A DNA stretch of 64,000 nucleotides from contig OX597825.1 in NCBI GenBank assembly GCA_951406725.2, forward strand, positions 50,468,001-50,532,000. The letters are read 5' to 3'. The first letter of the stretch is position 1. Every line of letters starts with the position of its first letter. Positions 36,801-50,659 of this stretch are shown piece by piece. The position numbers and the translations under genes are program-made. The DNA is from Octopus vulgaris. Taxonomy: Eukaryota. The notes under the pieces are model-generated. The model did no database searches. It saw nothing but the letters and a program-made list of their open reading frames with translations, and was not told the DNA's origin.

Positions 36801-37574
36801 AGCCTGTACACATGTGTGTATATTTCTGCCTATCTATTATCTAAGTAGATACTCTGTATTACATACAAATGCTCACACCCCTATATAGTCTCACGTGTAT
36901 ATATCCGGATACATGCACACGTTAAGTTGTATTAAAATATAACAACAGAAAGCAAACACACAGACTTCTGCTGCTCCCACACGAGTAAAGATATAAAAGG
37001 AGAAAATGTAATTAATTTGTACAATTTGCTTATTAAAACAACAACATTTATATGTATAGTAACAACAATATATACATCAAGAACATTAATGTAGTTACAA
37101 CAATAACAATATATACAACAATAACAACATTAACATTTTATATATCTTATACATCAACATCAATATATAAAATAAGACATAGAGCACCAGCAACAACAGC
37201 AATAAATACAATAAAGACATATAGTAACAGCAACAACTTACAAACAATACAAGCAACAGCAGAAACAATAGCAACAACAACTATAATTACTTCAAACACT
37301 TTCCCTAAAAATCTTTTATCTCCTCACAGAGATTGTTATTAATATTGATTAGACATTAATTATATAATGAGAAAGAATGGGAGGAGTTGATGCTGATCTT
37401 GTTTGTGATGAGGATGTTGATGATGGTTATGGTGATACCAATGGTTGTGGTTATGGTGATGATTTCTTTTTTCTTTGCCCAAATCCACCCCAAGCAATGC
37501 TTACAAGCCACTTCTAGAAAGTAGTGACATTCATGCCACAACAACTTATTACACACATACATACACATACACAC

Positions 37575-38135
37575 AAATCATAAGCAGCTGTCTGAAAATA
37601 CCATCTTGGTATTATCTATGGATGAGAATGCTGTAGCTAGGACACTCTATAATGAAATACATTGGAAGGATAACCCCGACGACAAAGAAATAAGAACCCA
37701 TAGTATGGTAGAAGCCATAGCCACTCATAATTAAAAGGAGTACTGGTGGAATGTCCCAGTGAAAACTTCAATAAAATGTAAGCACAACAGACCTGATATA
37801 ATGATTTGGGATAGAGAAGGGAAATAATGCAGAGTTGTGAAAATTAGTTGCTCAGTGGATGTTAACGTAAAGCTGAAGATTAGTGACAAGAGAATGCCTA
37901 CACTGAACTATAGAGAAATCTGCAGTTTCTCTATCCAGATTACAAGTTCAAGTTAATACCTGCAATTATTGGGGCCTTGGGTTATGTAACACATACCTAA
38001 ATACCAATCTTGAGAAATTAGGCTTCTCAAAACCAGAAAGGAGAAGACTAATTCGAAGACTACAGATCCAGTCCATCACTGGAACTGTAAAAATCTGCAA
38101 AACTTTCCAGAAGTTTATCATTTAGATATATATGA
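37575..38135 (+). mobile_element. R4/Dong-clade LINE 3' end (restriction-like endonuclease)
   Basis: IISSC...YYL..R, EYWWNVPVKTSIKCKHNRPDIMIWDRE, ISC.VDVNV, YPDYKFKLIPAIIGALGYV (PD..D/ExK-type RLE region). Confidence 0.8.
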
Positions 38136-38217
38136 ACATGTCTAGATATGCAATTATATGCACGGGAATACATGCATAAAACAAAACATACAAATCTGCA
38201 CATATACATACATGCAT

Positions 38218-38304
38218 AACATACATACATACATACATACATACATACATACATACATACATACATACATACATACTTACATACATACATACATACATAC
38301 ATAC

Positions 38305-38335
<31 letters not shown>

Positions 38336-38361
38336 CATACATACATACATACATACATACA

Positions 38362-38390
<29 letters not shown>
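38218..38390. repeat. (ACAT)n microsatellite
   Basis: Near-perfect tetranucleotide array. Confidence 0.95.
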
Positions 38391-38392
<2 letters not shown>

Positions 38393-39004
38393 TTGAAACA
38401 GCAAACAAAGAAGCAATAAAATAATTCACAAAAGAATGAAATGAAATACACTAAGTTAATAAAAAAACTAATGGCTATAAATACAGTAAGATGAGAATAA
38501 AGGAGCTAATAAAATGAAATGAAATGAACTGATGATGAAAACAAAACTGATTAAAAATATTAAAATGAAGTTGTCAACATTAAGCCAGGTACTTGTTAAA
38601 CTTTGACTTTACAAAGAATAAGGCTATACTCTACACAAAAACAAGGAGTAGAGAGTTTATTCTATTATTCCTTAGGTGAAGGGAAAATTGCTACTAGTTT
38701 CATGTGCCTGGAACTTGTAGAGTGTTCAAGAGGTATCAGGGAAGCACAGATCCAGTTTAATAAAATTACCAAACCAAGTGTTGATTCAAAATTCCTAGAC
38801 TAGTGGGACCAAGAAATGATACTCATCTGAACACCTTCCATAGAAGAAATGGGGAAAAAAAGCTAAACATCGTTGACAAAACTCTTGGTGTAATGAAAAG
38901 AGTTCATCACCAACTGGACAATGAATATGATTCTGCCTTCTATCAAAAGTGCACAGTGCAAATCTATCGGAGCTGGTCAAGTGTGTAAACAGTTTTCCAT
39001 TTAT

Positions 39005-39330
39005 CTTTTACTTTGTTTCACTCATTAGACTGCAGTCAACCCCAGTACCATTTCTTTTTCTTTTTTTTTTTTGTAAAGCCTGGTACTTATTCTATCTGTC
39101 TCCTTTGCCAAACTGCTAAGTTACAGGGATATAAACTCACCAATACTAGTTGTCCAGTGGTGGTGGGGGATGAACACATACTCAAAGATGCTTCTTTTAC
39201 TTTCTGTCTACCAAATTCACTTCTGGTCTAAGGCTAAAGTAGAAAACACTTGCCTAAGGTGCCATGAAGTGGGGCCGAACCCAGAACCATGTGGTTGGGA
39301 AGCAAACTTCTTACCACATAGTTATACTTG
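39005..39330 (-). mobile_element. SINE family A
   Basis: Collinear with 62710-63120, with deletions. Confidence 0.75.
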
Positions 39331-39599
39331 TATATTTGTAGAGACTGAATAAAACTTCAGATGTTAAGAAGACTTTTTAATGAAACCACTATTCTAGCCA
39401 CCATTATGGAAACAGATTTAGAGGTCTCTTCTTAAATATTATGTGTATTTAAGGCCTAAGAGTCTATCTGTATAAGGTGGATGCATTCAAAGCAGTCATA
39501 CCTATTAAAATAGAAGGTAGGATCAGACATTTTATGATGAATAGAGAAAGATGCTAACTTGGTTTTGAAAGAATTAAATGTTAAATGCCTTTTCACAAT

Positions 39600-40090
39600 C
39601 CCAGTTAAGTCACATAAATGGTTTCCTGCTAGGTCCCCTCAGAAATGAAACTGTGAAGTGAGGGATCACCAGCAAACTTGTTACTGAAGGATATCATTAC
39701 TGTGTCTGGTAAATAAATCATTTACAAGGAGCTGGAATAGTGCAGGCTCCAGGAAAGATCCCTGGGGCAGCAGGTATGATTTGACAGTGGGGAAAAACCC
39801 CCACTCTAGATGTTTGCCATAGTTGGTCAGTTTATGAAGTTGTCCTCTACTATATCAATATCAGATGTTTTGGAGATGTTTTAAAATAGCGCAAATATCA
39901 AAGTTACTATCCAGTGAGCTACTTATTCTATAAGTGACAACTGATAGCATGTCAGTCATGGACCCAGAAGATAGTAAGCCATACTGCTTGTCATTAAGGT
40001 AGTTGGTTTCAGTCAAGTATATATTGATGTGCTTGTTAATGATAGATTCAGACAGCTTACTTTTGATGTCCAGTAGGCTAATTGCTGAGA
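39600..40090 (-). mobile_element. Old L2/Jockey-group RT fragment
   Basis: LLDIKSKLSESIINKHI..YL...NYLNDKQYG..SSGSMTDML and LPQGSFLEPALF (RT domains 2 and 4). Likely extends to ~40600. Confidence 0.7.
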
Positions 40091-42109
40091 TAAAGCAAAA
40101 TAGTCAAAATGGAAAACAGGGAGAACTAGAGAAGCACTTTTACATACAATGACTAAATATCTTTGTTAAAAATTAGGATGTATCTCTGGGAATAGATTTA
40201 TCAAGAGAATAACTGGGATTTTATGTCGGTTGCTTTTCATGGATCAGAATGATTTATAAGTCTGGAAACCTACTTGAGTGGTACTCTAGAGTCAGAAATA
40301 AGGCAATTAGTATAAGTGGGAATGCTTAACAAAGAATGGTTAGAGTAGTTTAACATGGAATTTGAAACCAATTTCTTAGCAATTATCTTGGTTTTGTTTG
40401 ATAATGATAAAATAACATCAGACCCATTGAGAACTGTGCCTAAAAATGAATTGCTACTGTTAACAATTCTGCTGGTTTTCTTCTAGAATCCAAATGAAGT
40501 GAATCTCTTCTGATCAATCTCATTTCAACAGACTCAGAAAAGCCAATCTTGACATTCTTTTAACACTCTTTGACATTGGTTACCTGCGTTACTAAGTTAC
40601 TAACTATATTTATATTTGACTAACAAGTGGCTGTAGTGGTTATAGAGTGACCATATTGGAATATATCTTACTATGTAACTAACTGAATTTATAAGTGTAG
40701 CAGGAGTAGTGACAAAGTGGGAATAGTGTGATCATGGTGGGAGGAGTGATTGTAGCAGGAGCAATGGCTGATGTGAGAGTGGTAGTAGTGAATATAATAA
40801 AAGTTGTGAGTATGGTAGGAGTATCGAACTAACTTTATATTTATATCCAGACATGAAGAAACTATCCATGAAATAAAATCAACTTCAAAAATATCGGCAC
40901 TTGCTAGAAATATACACAAAAATCTGTATTAAAGCATCATTGTAAATTACCATTAATATCAAAAGAAACTGGAAATATGATGAAAAAAGACAACCGAAGA
41001 AAACAGAAAATTCTTTATTTTATAGAAATAGATTCAATCAATAGTGTTTCTTTTTGTTTTTGTTTTTTTATTGATGTTTTTTTTAATCTTTCTAAAGAAT
41101 TGGCACCAGACAGTCCATTTAATCAATTCTTTATTAGATATAAAACTTACCACTTCATCTTCTCATGACTTTCCTCACTACTGACTCCAAACTAAAGTTT
41201 GTCGTTCAAATGAACAAACAGTTCCTCCTATAGACCTGTATATGAAGATACTGTCTGTGACTTATTCTTGGAATCGTTATCAATTTTCCAAACACATTGA
41301 CAGCATCATCCATACAGAAATAGGAAACTCTATTATAACCATTATTCACAAGTTCAAATGAAGGTTATGTTAACTTTATTTGTATTCTTTAAAATCTTCA
41401 AGACAATTCTAACTTTTTCACTTTCAGATGTTGCTAAAAAAGTAAAAACAGTCTTGTAGGATTATTGTTAATTTCTTGTTTCAATTCTTTTATTTCCTAC
41501 ACATCTTTTTGAAAGGAACTCATGGTGTGGTACCTTGGACAAGTGACTTCTACAATAACCTCAAATTATAAAGGTCATTTGAGGGGAATTTGGAAGATGG
41601 AAACTGTATGGAAGCTCATCAGAGTGACTGATGCTGTTCTTGGATGATAGACATAGTCAATCACAGAGTTTAACATGACCACCTCCTTGACTGGTTACTT
41701 AGACTTGACTTGAGTCTAAACAACAACAACACTTCAAGGGAACCTGCCCCACCAGTAGTGGGTTCAAACATGTCCACCACACAAACCTACTTGTATCATA
41801 TCTATAACAATAATGTGTAACCTTTATTTTCTATCATGACTCATAAAATTTATTCATATCATCTCTAACCCATCCAATGTTAACTAAATACTAAATACGA
41901 ATTAATAATCAATCATAAATTTTATTCAAACTATATAAACAAAATAGAACAATGACTGAATGCAAGAAATAACAGTATACAGGTTCAATACCTCCTTTTG
42001 ACTAGTGTCTTGTAGCTTATGTATCATCACTGCATTTACTAAAAACAATGCCACTGTGAGCCACCAAAAAGTTTGTGTAACGTATGTCTGTGTCATATAG
42101 CACACCTTG

Positions 42110-42315
42110 TATAGCTTTTGACTTTGGGTAAAAGAAAGTACAGGAGGATCAGTTAATTATGATTTTATTCAACACATTCCCCTCTCAAATTTACACACTC
42201 ATTGCAATGGTTCTTCAGTTTTCCTAAGTCCTGTAAAAGAACACAGAAGGTTGGGCCTCCAGACTGGTCTTTTGTGATACCATTCATGTCAGAAAATTTT
42301 CAACACCCCCTTGTA
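42110..42315. mobile_element. Mariner-derived MITE
   Basis: Right end ttttcaacacccccttg-TA resembles a mariner TIR. The interior is the rc of a mariner C-terminal segment (KCVNLRGECVE*). Confidence 0.55.
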
Positions 42316-42334
42316 TAATAATGTCCTCTGCTCC

Positions 42335-42520
42335 TAGGTATTTCTCTTCCACTCATCTCTCTTCCCATCACTTTTATTGCATTAGGACTTGCCTTAATCA
42401 TTAAGCCCAGTCCTTCCCAGATGCTGACCCTTGGGAATTCTCTCCCTCTTCAGATCTTTCCTACTGGTGTTGACTTACAAAGGGTCAAGAGAAAAATTAA
42501 TAGCATCCATCTTATCAGTC
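42335..42520 (+). mobile_element. Jockey/L2-group LINE 3' end fragment
   Basis: TLGNSLPLQIFPTGVDLQRVKRKINSIHL resembles the WNSLP...F...DLQ.FK..IN terminus. Confidence 0.5.
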
Positions 42521-44289
42521 TATAGAGATCCTGTAAAAGCCATGGGTACTGCTTATTCCTCCCATACTCAGCAGGTATAAAAGGCAAAATGGCATCATAT
42601 CTTGGTGTCAGCAATATCTTAACTTATTGGACTCACACGATTGTGGATAAATTCTAGATTTTAAATTTAATTCTTACTAAAGGCTATAGGTAGGAAAAAG
42701 ACAGGAATGCTTGTGAAATATTTATGCAAAATTTATAGAATTAATAGAGTAGGAATCATGTAGTCACTTTTATTTAAATAATGGTCTGCGTAATATGATG
42801 ACCATAGGAAGTTAATAAAAAACCTAAGAATTATAGGAAGAAGTTGTGAAGTCAGTTCTCTGATATGATGATGCAGCTCAGGAGAAGTAGTGATTATGCT
42901 GTGACTACACACCATTCTGCTCTATGACAGAATGGTAAATCAATGTTAATGATGATGACAACGATGACGATGATAATGATGATGATGATGATGATGATTG
43001 TAGTGAAGATGAGAGGATGATGGTGGTGATGATGATAATGATAAAGTGAAAAAATGGGAGGCGTGATAGAAATTGCAGCAGAAATTACAGAAAAGTTTTT
43101 CTAAGATAAATTTGAACCTCAGCAGAATGTGTATGAAAAAGATTGAAATTCAAATATGATTATTTTTTCCTCTGAATTTCAATTTGAATTTCTATATTAA
43201 ATAACAATCCCCCACAACCACCTCTGTCAACACTGATTCAGGAGAAAAATGTCCATATAGTTATTAAATTGAAATTTCAAACAAAAGCTGATAAAAGGCA
43301 TAAAAATGAAAAGTTTAAAATATATGTAATATATAAAAGGGGAGATAACTTGAGTATAAATAAATTACGTTATGAATGTAGGAGGAAAGAAATTGTTTCG
43401 TAGAAATTTAGCTGGGGAACTGTCATAATCACCATCATCTTCATCATCACCACCACCACATCATCATCATATTCATCATCATCGTCACCACCACATCTAC
43501 ATCATCATCACCACTGCAACAACTACTACTGCCACCACCACAACCACTACCACACCATAACTACCACCACTAGAACCACCACAATGAAAACCAACATACA
43601 GCCACCAACAATGTACTGGGCTCTAATGTCCTGCATTCTTATCTAATCCCAATCCCAATGAAAGAGATGGAATTCATTTCTGTAGTCAGAGATAATATTG
43701 CATAATAACCAAGTGTTTTTGCAATTTGCAGTGGAACCCAGCCCAAAGCTCTCCAGCAGGAGACAGGGCCAGGGTGCCGAGCTCAGCTAGGAAAATCTTG
43801 GGTGGGGTGTTGCAGATGCAAAGACCAAACGTGAAATACACATTTTAAGCACTTCCAAATTCCTTAAAGCTGATGTTAGTCTCTGAAGTTTTACAATAGT
43901 TACAAGCTGCCTCAACCAGCTGTGGTTTGGTTGGACACCATTATTGTGACAATCTTTCTCCTGGTAACTCTGTTGGGCAGGATGTGTCAGTGAAGATAAC
44001 TCCCTATAGTTATTTCCCCTGTTAGAAATAATAGCTGTGTCAAAACCTACTCTCATATAAAATAAAAGTTGGTTATATTAGATGATGCAGTCCTACATAC
44101 ACTAGGTCTAAATGAAAGATGCTATGTCTATAGTTGCTGGATGAGGCCTGATCAATGATTAAGCAATGACAGTGACTATCATTAGAAGAGTTTTTGTGTG
44201 CTGAAGAAGGCAGCCTTTGTGTTATAAGGTCCGTGGTTGCCTAAAAAAATATAATAATAATAACAATAATGATGATAATTTCTTTATTA

Positions 44290-44512
44290 ATAATAATAAT
44301 CCTTTTTACTATAGGCACAAGGCCTGAAATTTTGATGGATGGGGCAAGTTAATTATATCAACCCCAGTGAACACCTGGTACTTATTTTATCGACCCAAAG
44401 GATGAAAGACAAAGTCAAGCATGGTGGAATTTGAACTCAGAATGTAATGATAGACGAAATGCTGCTAAGCATTTTGCCCGGCCTGCTAATGATTCTGCCA
44501 GTTAGCCACCTT
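44290..44512 (-). mobile_element. SINE family B
   Basis: Collinear with 9497-9720; (TAA)n at the tail. Confidence 0.85.
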
Positions 44513-45326
44513 ATATATGATGATGATGGTGGTGGTGGTGGTGGGGATGATGATAATAATAATTATGAGCTTATTGCATACAGTGCTCAGGTTCACTACA
44601 ACAAACCTAGCTAAAATTCTTAGTAAGAAATAAACTCATAACCCCTAGTTTAAAAGAGCAATGCCCTAATCACTAAGTCAAGGAGGCTTACTTATAATGT
44701 AGAAGAAGAAGAATAAAAGAGGAGAACAAGGTTGGCTAAGTGGCCACTGTAAGATACAATTAGTTATGCAGATAACAGTTCATGCCCAGCATTGGCTCCA
44801 TAATCAGCCAAGTAAAATATGAAAATGGACAGTCCACCTGGCTGTAAATAGTTGTCACAGAACAAGACAAGGCACTGTTGCACTCTAACTGCAGTATAAG
44901 GTAGACAAGTGGTTAGTTAAGTTATGGTTGGTGCAAAATTCAGTACTTGATGTTGATCTGTATAAGGCAACCCAGTTCTTAATTGCAAACCAACTCATCA
45001 TTGGTTTTTGATTTTTAGCTCTAATGATTACAATGTATGTTTGCATGTGTATGTGTAGCATAATGCATAGTGTGTGTGTCTGTATGAGACATGATGTGTG
45101 TGTGCATATGTGTAGCATGATGCATGGTGCATGTGTCTGTATGAGGCATTGTGTGTATGTGTGTAGCATGATGCATGGTGTGAATGTGCATGTGTGTGTG
45201 TGTGTGCATGTGGGCATTATGTGATGGGTGGAGTGTAGGTGTTAAAACTTATCTATTTGCAGAAAGGTTAGAAAGTCTTATTGAAATATTCTTAACAAGA
45301 TTGTTAATAATATTCTTTGGATGATT

Positions 45327-45545
45327 AAGGTGGTGAGCTGGCAGACTCATTAGCACACCAGGCAAAATACTTAGCAGCACTTCGTCTGTTTTTACATTCT
45401 GAGTTCAAATTCCACTTAGTTCAAATTCCAACTTTACCTTTCATCCTTTAGGCATCAATAAAATAAGAAGCAGTTGAGGATTGGGATCAATTTAATCAAC
45501 CTACCCAACTCTTGAAATTGCTGGCTTCGTGCCAAAACTTGAAAG
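45327..45545 (+). mobile_element. SINE family B
   Basis: aaggtggtgagctggcaga...ttctgagttcaaattcc...tttcatccttta; short internal duplication of agttcaaattcca. Confidence 0.8.
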
Positions 45546-45549
45546 CAAT

Positions 45550-46980
45550 ATTCTTTTGATGATTTGAATGTTTGCAGATGTAGTATATAGTCTTATTGCA
45601 ATTATGGTATGAGTTGTATAGGGAGTTACTGAAGTTCAATGTTACACCCACAAAATTTACCATAATGAGGTTGGGTTCTGAGATGACCAGTAGTCTAGTT
45701 TCTATAAAGAAGAGGCAGAGTTTTTGTTTCTTGAAATCAATCTGTATGTTATGGGTTGACGCTGTCACTTCCAAATAAATAGTTTTCAATTTGAGAAAAT
45801 AATACACATAATGCAACTGTATCACATATTTCTGCAGATTCACTCAACCTCTTTTCTAATGTTTTTTATTTCTTTTCAGTTATACTTGTTGTAAGTTACT
45901 GAGTTTCCATGCATGGAGGATAGCTTGTATTTCTCCATCTTTGATGTTTGTTAGTCATAGGGCAAAATTAAAGGTATCTAAATGAGTAAAGTTTTGGAGA
46001 TAGATGAAAAGTAGCCCCTGATATCAAATTGAAGGAATTTAGTAATAGTTTTATTAGTGGTTGGCAGAAACCAGTCAATTATGAGTATTGTTCCCTAATG
46101 GTAGGGCAAATGATGACTTAAATATTAGTTTCAATTGGATTTGTTTGTCTAACATGAAGTTTTTGCCTTAAGTTAATTTTGTAAATTTTAAAGATAAAAA
46201 TATGAAGTTGAGATGTGAGTGGTTCTGTTTTTATCTTGATTAGAAGTGATTTGTTGGTTGTATGAGTCAACATAATTTTAAATGTTCAATTTTTTTTTTT
46301 TTACCAAGTGCTAATCATAGAATTAGACAAGAATCTGTAATACGTACAATCTATAGGTTTGTCACTTTAGTAGATATATATTTGTTTTATCTGAATAAAT
46401 GATAATTTTCATAGCTAACTTATTTTAAATTGGCTTTTTAAAGTTATTTGGAACTATTGTTGTGTTTTCTAAATTTAATGCTTTTGATTAATGAAAGAGG
46501 TTCTTTGTCAAAAGTTTGGAGGAGGTTATTAATAAGAGGGCTTCTATTGAGCAATATATAAAACTATTATCATTTTTCTTTTTGTCTTTTTTGTCAAAGG
46601 AAGATGCCTTCTGCCATAATATTTTAATAGTTTTCCCCATGAAACACTTGAGATTATGTTTTTAAGAACAAACAACATCGTTTTACTTATTAACATGTTG
46701 CTTCAGTATTGTTGGGTTGTTATTAATAGAGAACTCAGCACAAAACAACATTAAAGGAAACTTCGAACTAGACAGAAGAACTTAATGCTAGAATATAGTA
46801 TAGTAAATTATAACATAGTATATTTTATTTTGTTGACCTTATCAAAACACTGATTAAGGAGCTGAATCAGTTAGCATGAAAGGTAAAAGTATGGGTGTCA
46901 AGATGTGAGTGGTTCTGTTTTAACCTTGGTTAGAAGTGATTTGTTGGTTGTATGTGTAAATACAATTTAAAATTTTTCTA
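45550..46980 (-). mobile_element. Decayed PLE (Neptune-type) RT fragment
   Basis: FLQFDIRGYFSSISK and KKQKLC.FF...L.VISEPNLIMVNFVGVTLNF...Y......TIYYICKHSNH. An ~80-bp segment is duplicated at ~46210 and ~46900. Confidence 0.65.
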
Positions 46981-47002
46981 TCTATTATCTTTTAATTGTA
47001 TC

Positions 47003-47315
47003 TTCTTCTATAGCTTTCGTTTAACCGAAACCTTGTGAGTGGATTTGGTAGATGGAAACTGAGAGAGCCTGTCATATATATATGTGTGTGTGTGTACGTG
47101 TTTGTATATGTGTTTTCCTCCATCACCACTTGACAACTGGTGTTGGTGTGTTTACATCCCCAAGACTTACTGGTTTGGCAAAAGGGACCAATAGAGTAAG
47201 TATCAGGCTTTACAAAGAAATAACAAGTACTGAGGTTGATAAGTTTGATTTATCAACCTCAGGGCTGTGCCCCAACATGATTGCAGTCTAATGATTGAAA
47301 CAAGTGAAAGAATAG
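47003..47315 (+). mobile_element. SINE family A (5'-truncated)
   Basis: ccttgtgagtggatttggtagatggaaactga...aatgattgaaacaagtgaaag. Confidence 0.8.
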
Positions 47316-47767
47316 GGAAAAGGGGTTAATAAAATACAGTTGCAATATTTAGTAATGGGAAAACTGACAAATAATATCGAAACTAAGTTTTAAGAAATTT
47401 GTAATTTGAATACAAGTTACAGTGAAGGATAAATAATCTGTGAATATCTTAACTGATGTTAAAGAGAAGAGAGAAGAAATTTGCAATGAGAAAGAATTAG
47501 AGGGGCTGAATTGAACTATGGGTTCAAGCAAAATGTTTCTTCAATATAAAGGGAAGTGTTTCTGAAAATTGTTCATGAGCAATTTAAGGAAAAAAGGAAT
47601 TATATGTATGAAAATGATGAATCTTGTACCAATCTGAAATATGTACAGTTGATGTGTGTGCATGTAGATGCCTATACCTGTATATACCTGTGTATGTGTG
47701 TGTGTGTATGTGTGTCTACATGTGCATGTATGTATGTATGTATATATATATATATATATATATTATA

Positions 47768-48065
47768 AATGCGAAGGCCAGTTTATGGGTTTACCTTAGG
47801 TTTCTTGTCCATAATGGGTTTCATTTTATAGTATACCATCAACTCTCAAAAACCTGTTGGTCCATGACCTCTTAAAAATATGGAAGGTGAAATATTTTTA
47901 AGAGGTCATGGGCCAACAGGTTTTTGTGATTGGACACATGCCATAAAGCTAAGCCCTTTATGGACAGGAAACCTAAGGTAATCCCATAAACCAGCCTTCC
48001 CCATTTTTAATATACTTTGCTCTACATCTTAGAGTGTGCTTCTTCTTTCAGATTTATATTTTTAT
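47768..48065. mobile_element. Palindromic PLE-derived element related to the 24.6/26.5-kb pseudo-LTR
   Basis: 34-bp inner arms (47848-47881 / 47892-47925, one G-T) around the loop ggaaggtgaa. Outer arms match the 26420-26530 sequence. GAAAC-ctaag-GTA-atcc is retained. Flanked by (TA)n on both sides. Confidence 0.75.
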
Positions 48066-48066
48066 A

Positions 48067-48123
<57 letters not shown>

Positions 48124-48378
48124 ATGGATTAATTCATTGTAAGGATTTCAATTAATTTTGCTTTACACTTATTTAAATGTTTATTATTTAATACAAATTA
48201 AATTTTATCAGTTATTATGAATTCAAATTAATACACAGGTATGTATTTTTACTTATGCTTGTCAGTCTATTTGTCTGTGTGTCTGTTTATTTATATAACT
48301 ATATATATATATTGTGAAGATTTTTTCCAGCTTTGATAGAACAGTATGTATATATATATATATATATATATACATATA

Positions 48379-48598
48379 CTTTATTGGAAAGCAGCAAAAA
48401 TATCACAAAAACTGTTACTCAGAATTTCACATCCCTGTATGTCGAACAGTTTTTAAACAAAACTGTCTGACGAACAGGAACGTGAAACTCTGAGTAACAG
48501 TTTTTTTCATATTTTTGCTGCTTTTCAATAAAGCATATTACTCTACCTCTGGTATTCAAGTACTATTTTTTCCACCTTGTTTTGCATTTATGTGGTTA

Positions 48599-48605
<7 letters not shown>
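48379..48605. mobile_element. Palindromic PLE-derived element carrying an HHR
   Basis: Inverted repeat 48380-48532 (ctttattggaaagcagcaaaaatat...atatttttgctgcttttcaataaag) plus a unique 3' extension, between (TA)n tracts. Confidence 0.75.
48459..48504 (+). ncRNA. Minimal type-I hammerhead ribozyme
   Basis: aaaactgt-CTGACGA-aca ggaa cgt-GAAAC-tctga-GTA-acagtttt: 8-bp stem I and intact core. Stem II has one A-C mismatch consistent with CpG decay. Confidence 0.75.
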
Positions 48606-48667
<62 letters not shown>

Positions 48668-49029
48668 CACACACATATGTATCTATATAGATACACAAAT
48701 GCATACACACCAATATGTGCATATTTTTAGTTGAATACAAATCTCAGTTTAACCCTCAAATGCTCCCTCCCACAATAAATTTAAATGTATAAAATAATGT
48801 ATTTTTTATTTCCAAACATCACATGCTTTTCATTCTTTAAATTATTACTGAATAATTTATAGAAAGACTTCTTTCATCTTTATACTCAACCAATTTTTGA
48901 TACTTCACCTTTAGTTCAATTAACCCTTTTGCCTTATCAATAAATCAATACATTTATTTTTCTATAAACTGGTATTGAGTTCTTTCATCTAGTTTGTGGC
49001 CTATTTCTTGTTTTATGCATATATATTTG

Positions 49030-49074
<45 letters not shown>

Positions 49075-50050
49075 ATGCACATATGCATATTTAATCATCA
49101 TCGTCTTTTTGACATTTGCATCCCATGCTGGCATATATCATGAAAATAGTTGATTGAAGGTTTGTCAACTTAAATGCTGACGTCAGCATCCTCAACCTGT
49201 GTGAATGTGTGTGTGTGTATGCATGTGTGAGCGTGTGCTTGTGTTAATGTTATAACCTTCATATGAGACAATTTGGAACTAAGTATACATTTTTCATCTT
49301 CAAGCATACCTAACACATGTTACATTATTTTAAAATAAAAATAAATATTTAACATACTTATATATTACATATTAATATAAATGATTATATATTATATAGA
49401 CAGAGTATATTTATATTAAATAATAAAAGTAGAATTTATCAAAGAACCTTTTTTTTTTTGTTTTAAATATCTTTGCTTTCATAAAATTTGAGGAATCGTC
49501 AGGGCGTTATAAATTATATCTATTTCATTACTTAATGTTGTTATGTTTTTATTATGACAATTTCCTTTGGTCGTTATGTTTTTGCGCTGCTGTTTTGTGC
49601 TTCTTTGCTTTATTCTAACATTTATTTTTTCTCATTTTTTAAATCTTTTTTTAAATTGTGCTATTCAATTCCGATAGATGCAGTCTTTTGATGTTGCTTT
49701 GATAGCTGTTTTGATGTGAAATTTTTTGGTGTTGTTGAGATAGACACACTGTGTATATAGACAGACATAGCACACAGAATTAGATGATAACCATATTTGT
49801 AATAGATCTACCTTCATTACTCACAAGATGATGGTTCCTCTTCCATTAAATTGGTCATTCTATGTTGTGTGGGTATCTAGTCTATAGGATCCTCTTTACT
49901 AGTTTATTCACTACACAATATATTTTATACTTGATGATGACGATGATGATGATATAGACACTCATGTAAGCATCTACACCTACATACAACAACATATTAA
50001 TGTATACAAAACGTTTACACACATACACCAGAAATATTTACACATATATA

Positions 50051-50170
<120 letters not shown>

Positions 50171-50659
50171 ACCACACATACACACAGAAACTACTCAAAC
50201 ACACATATGTATACAGAAACTTCACACACACACAGTGTATTCAGTGGTCTGCAGACTAACAATAGACTCTCACACCCAAAAATAGTGAAATACCAACCCC
50301 ACTCTTTAGTAATGAGAAAACAGGACAGATTTTATATTTATATAATTCTATTTTCCTATGCTATAGTATTGGACAAGTTTAAAATATTAGAAACCATTTT
50401 AATTTTATTAAAAATGTTTACTTCCCTCCTTTTTTTCAATCCCTTCATTTTCTGTCCCCATTTCAATGTTCACTGTTGCCCTTAAGTCCCTGGCATCCTT
50501 TATGAGACACACTAATCAGGATATAATGCAGCAATGGACTGCTGGTTTCAGACAGGTACATCACTATACATTTTGAGATGGAAAACTAGTAATTTACCTA
50601 TTCCTCCCACAATACCAGCCTTAAGAAGTTTGCTGGTAAACGTAACCATGGCATTATTG

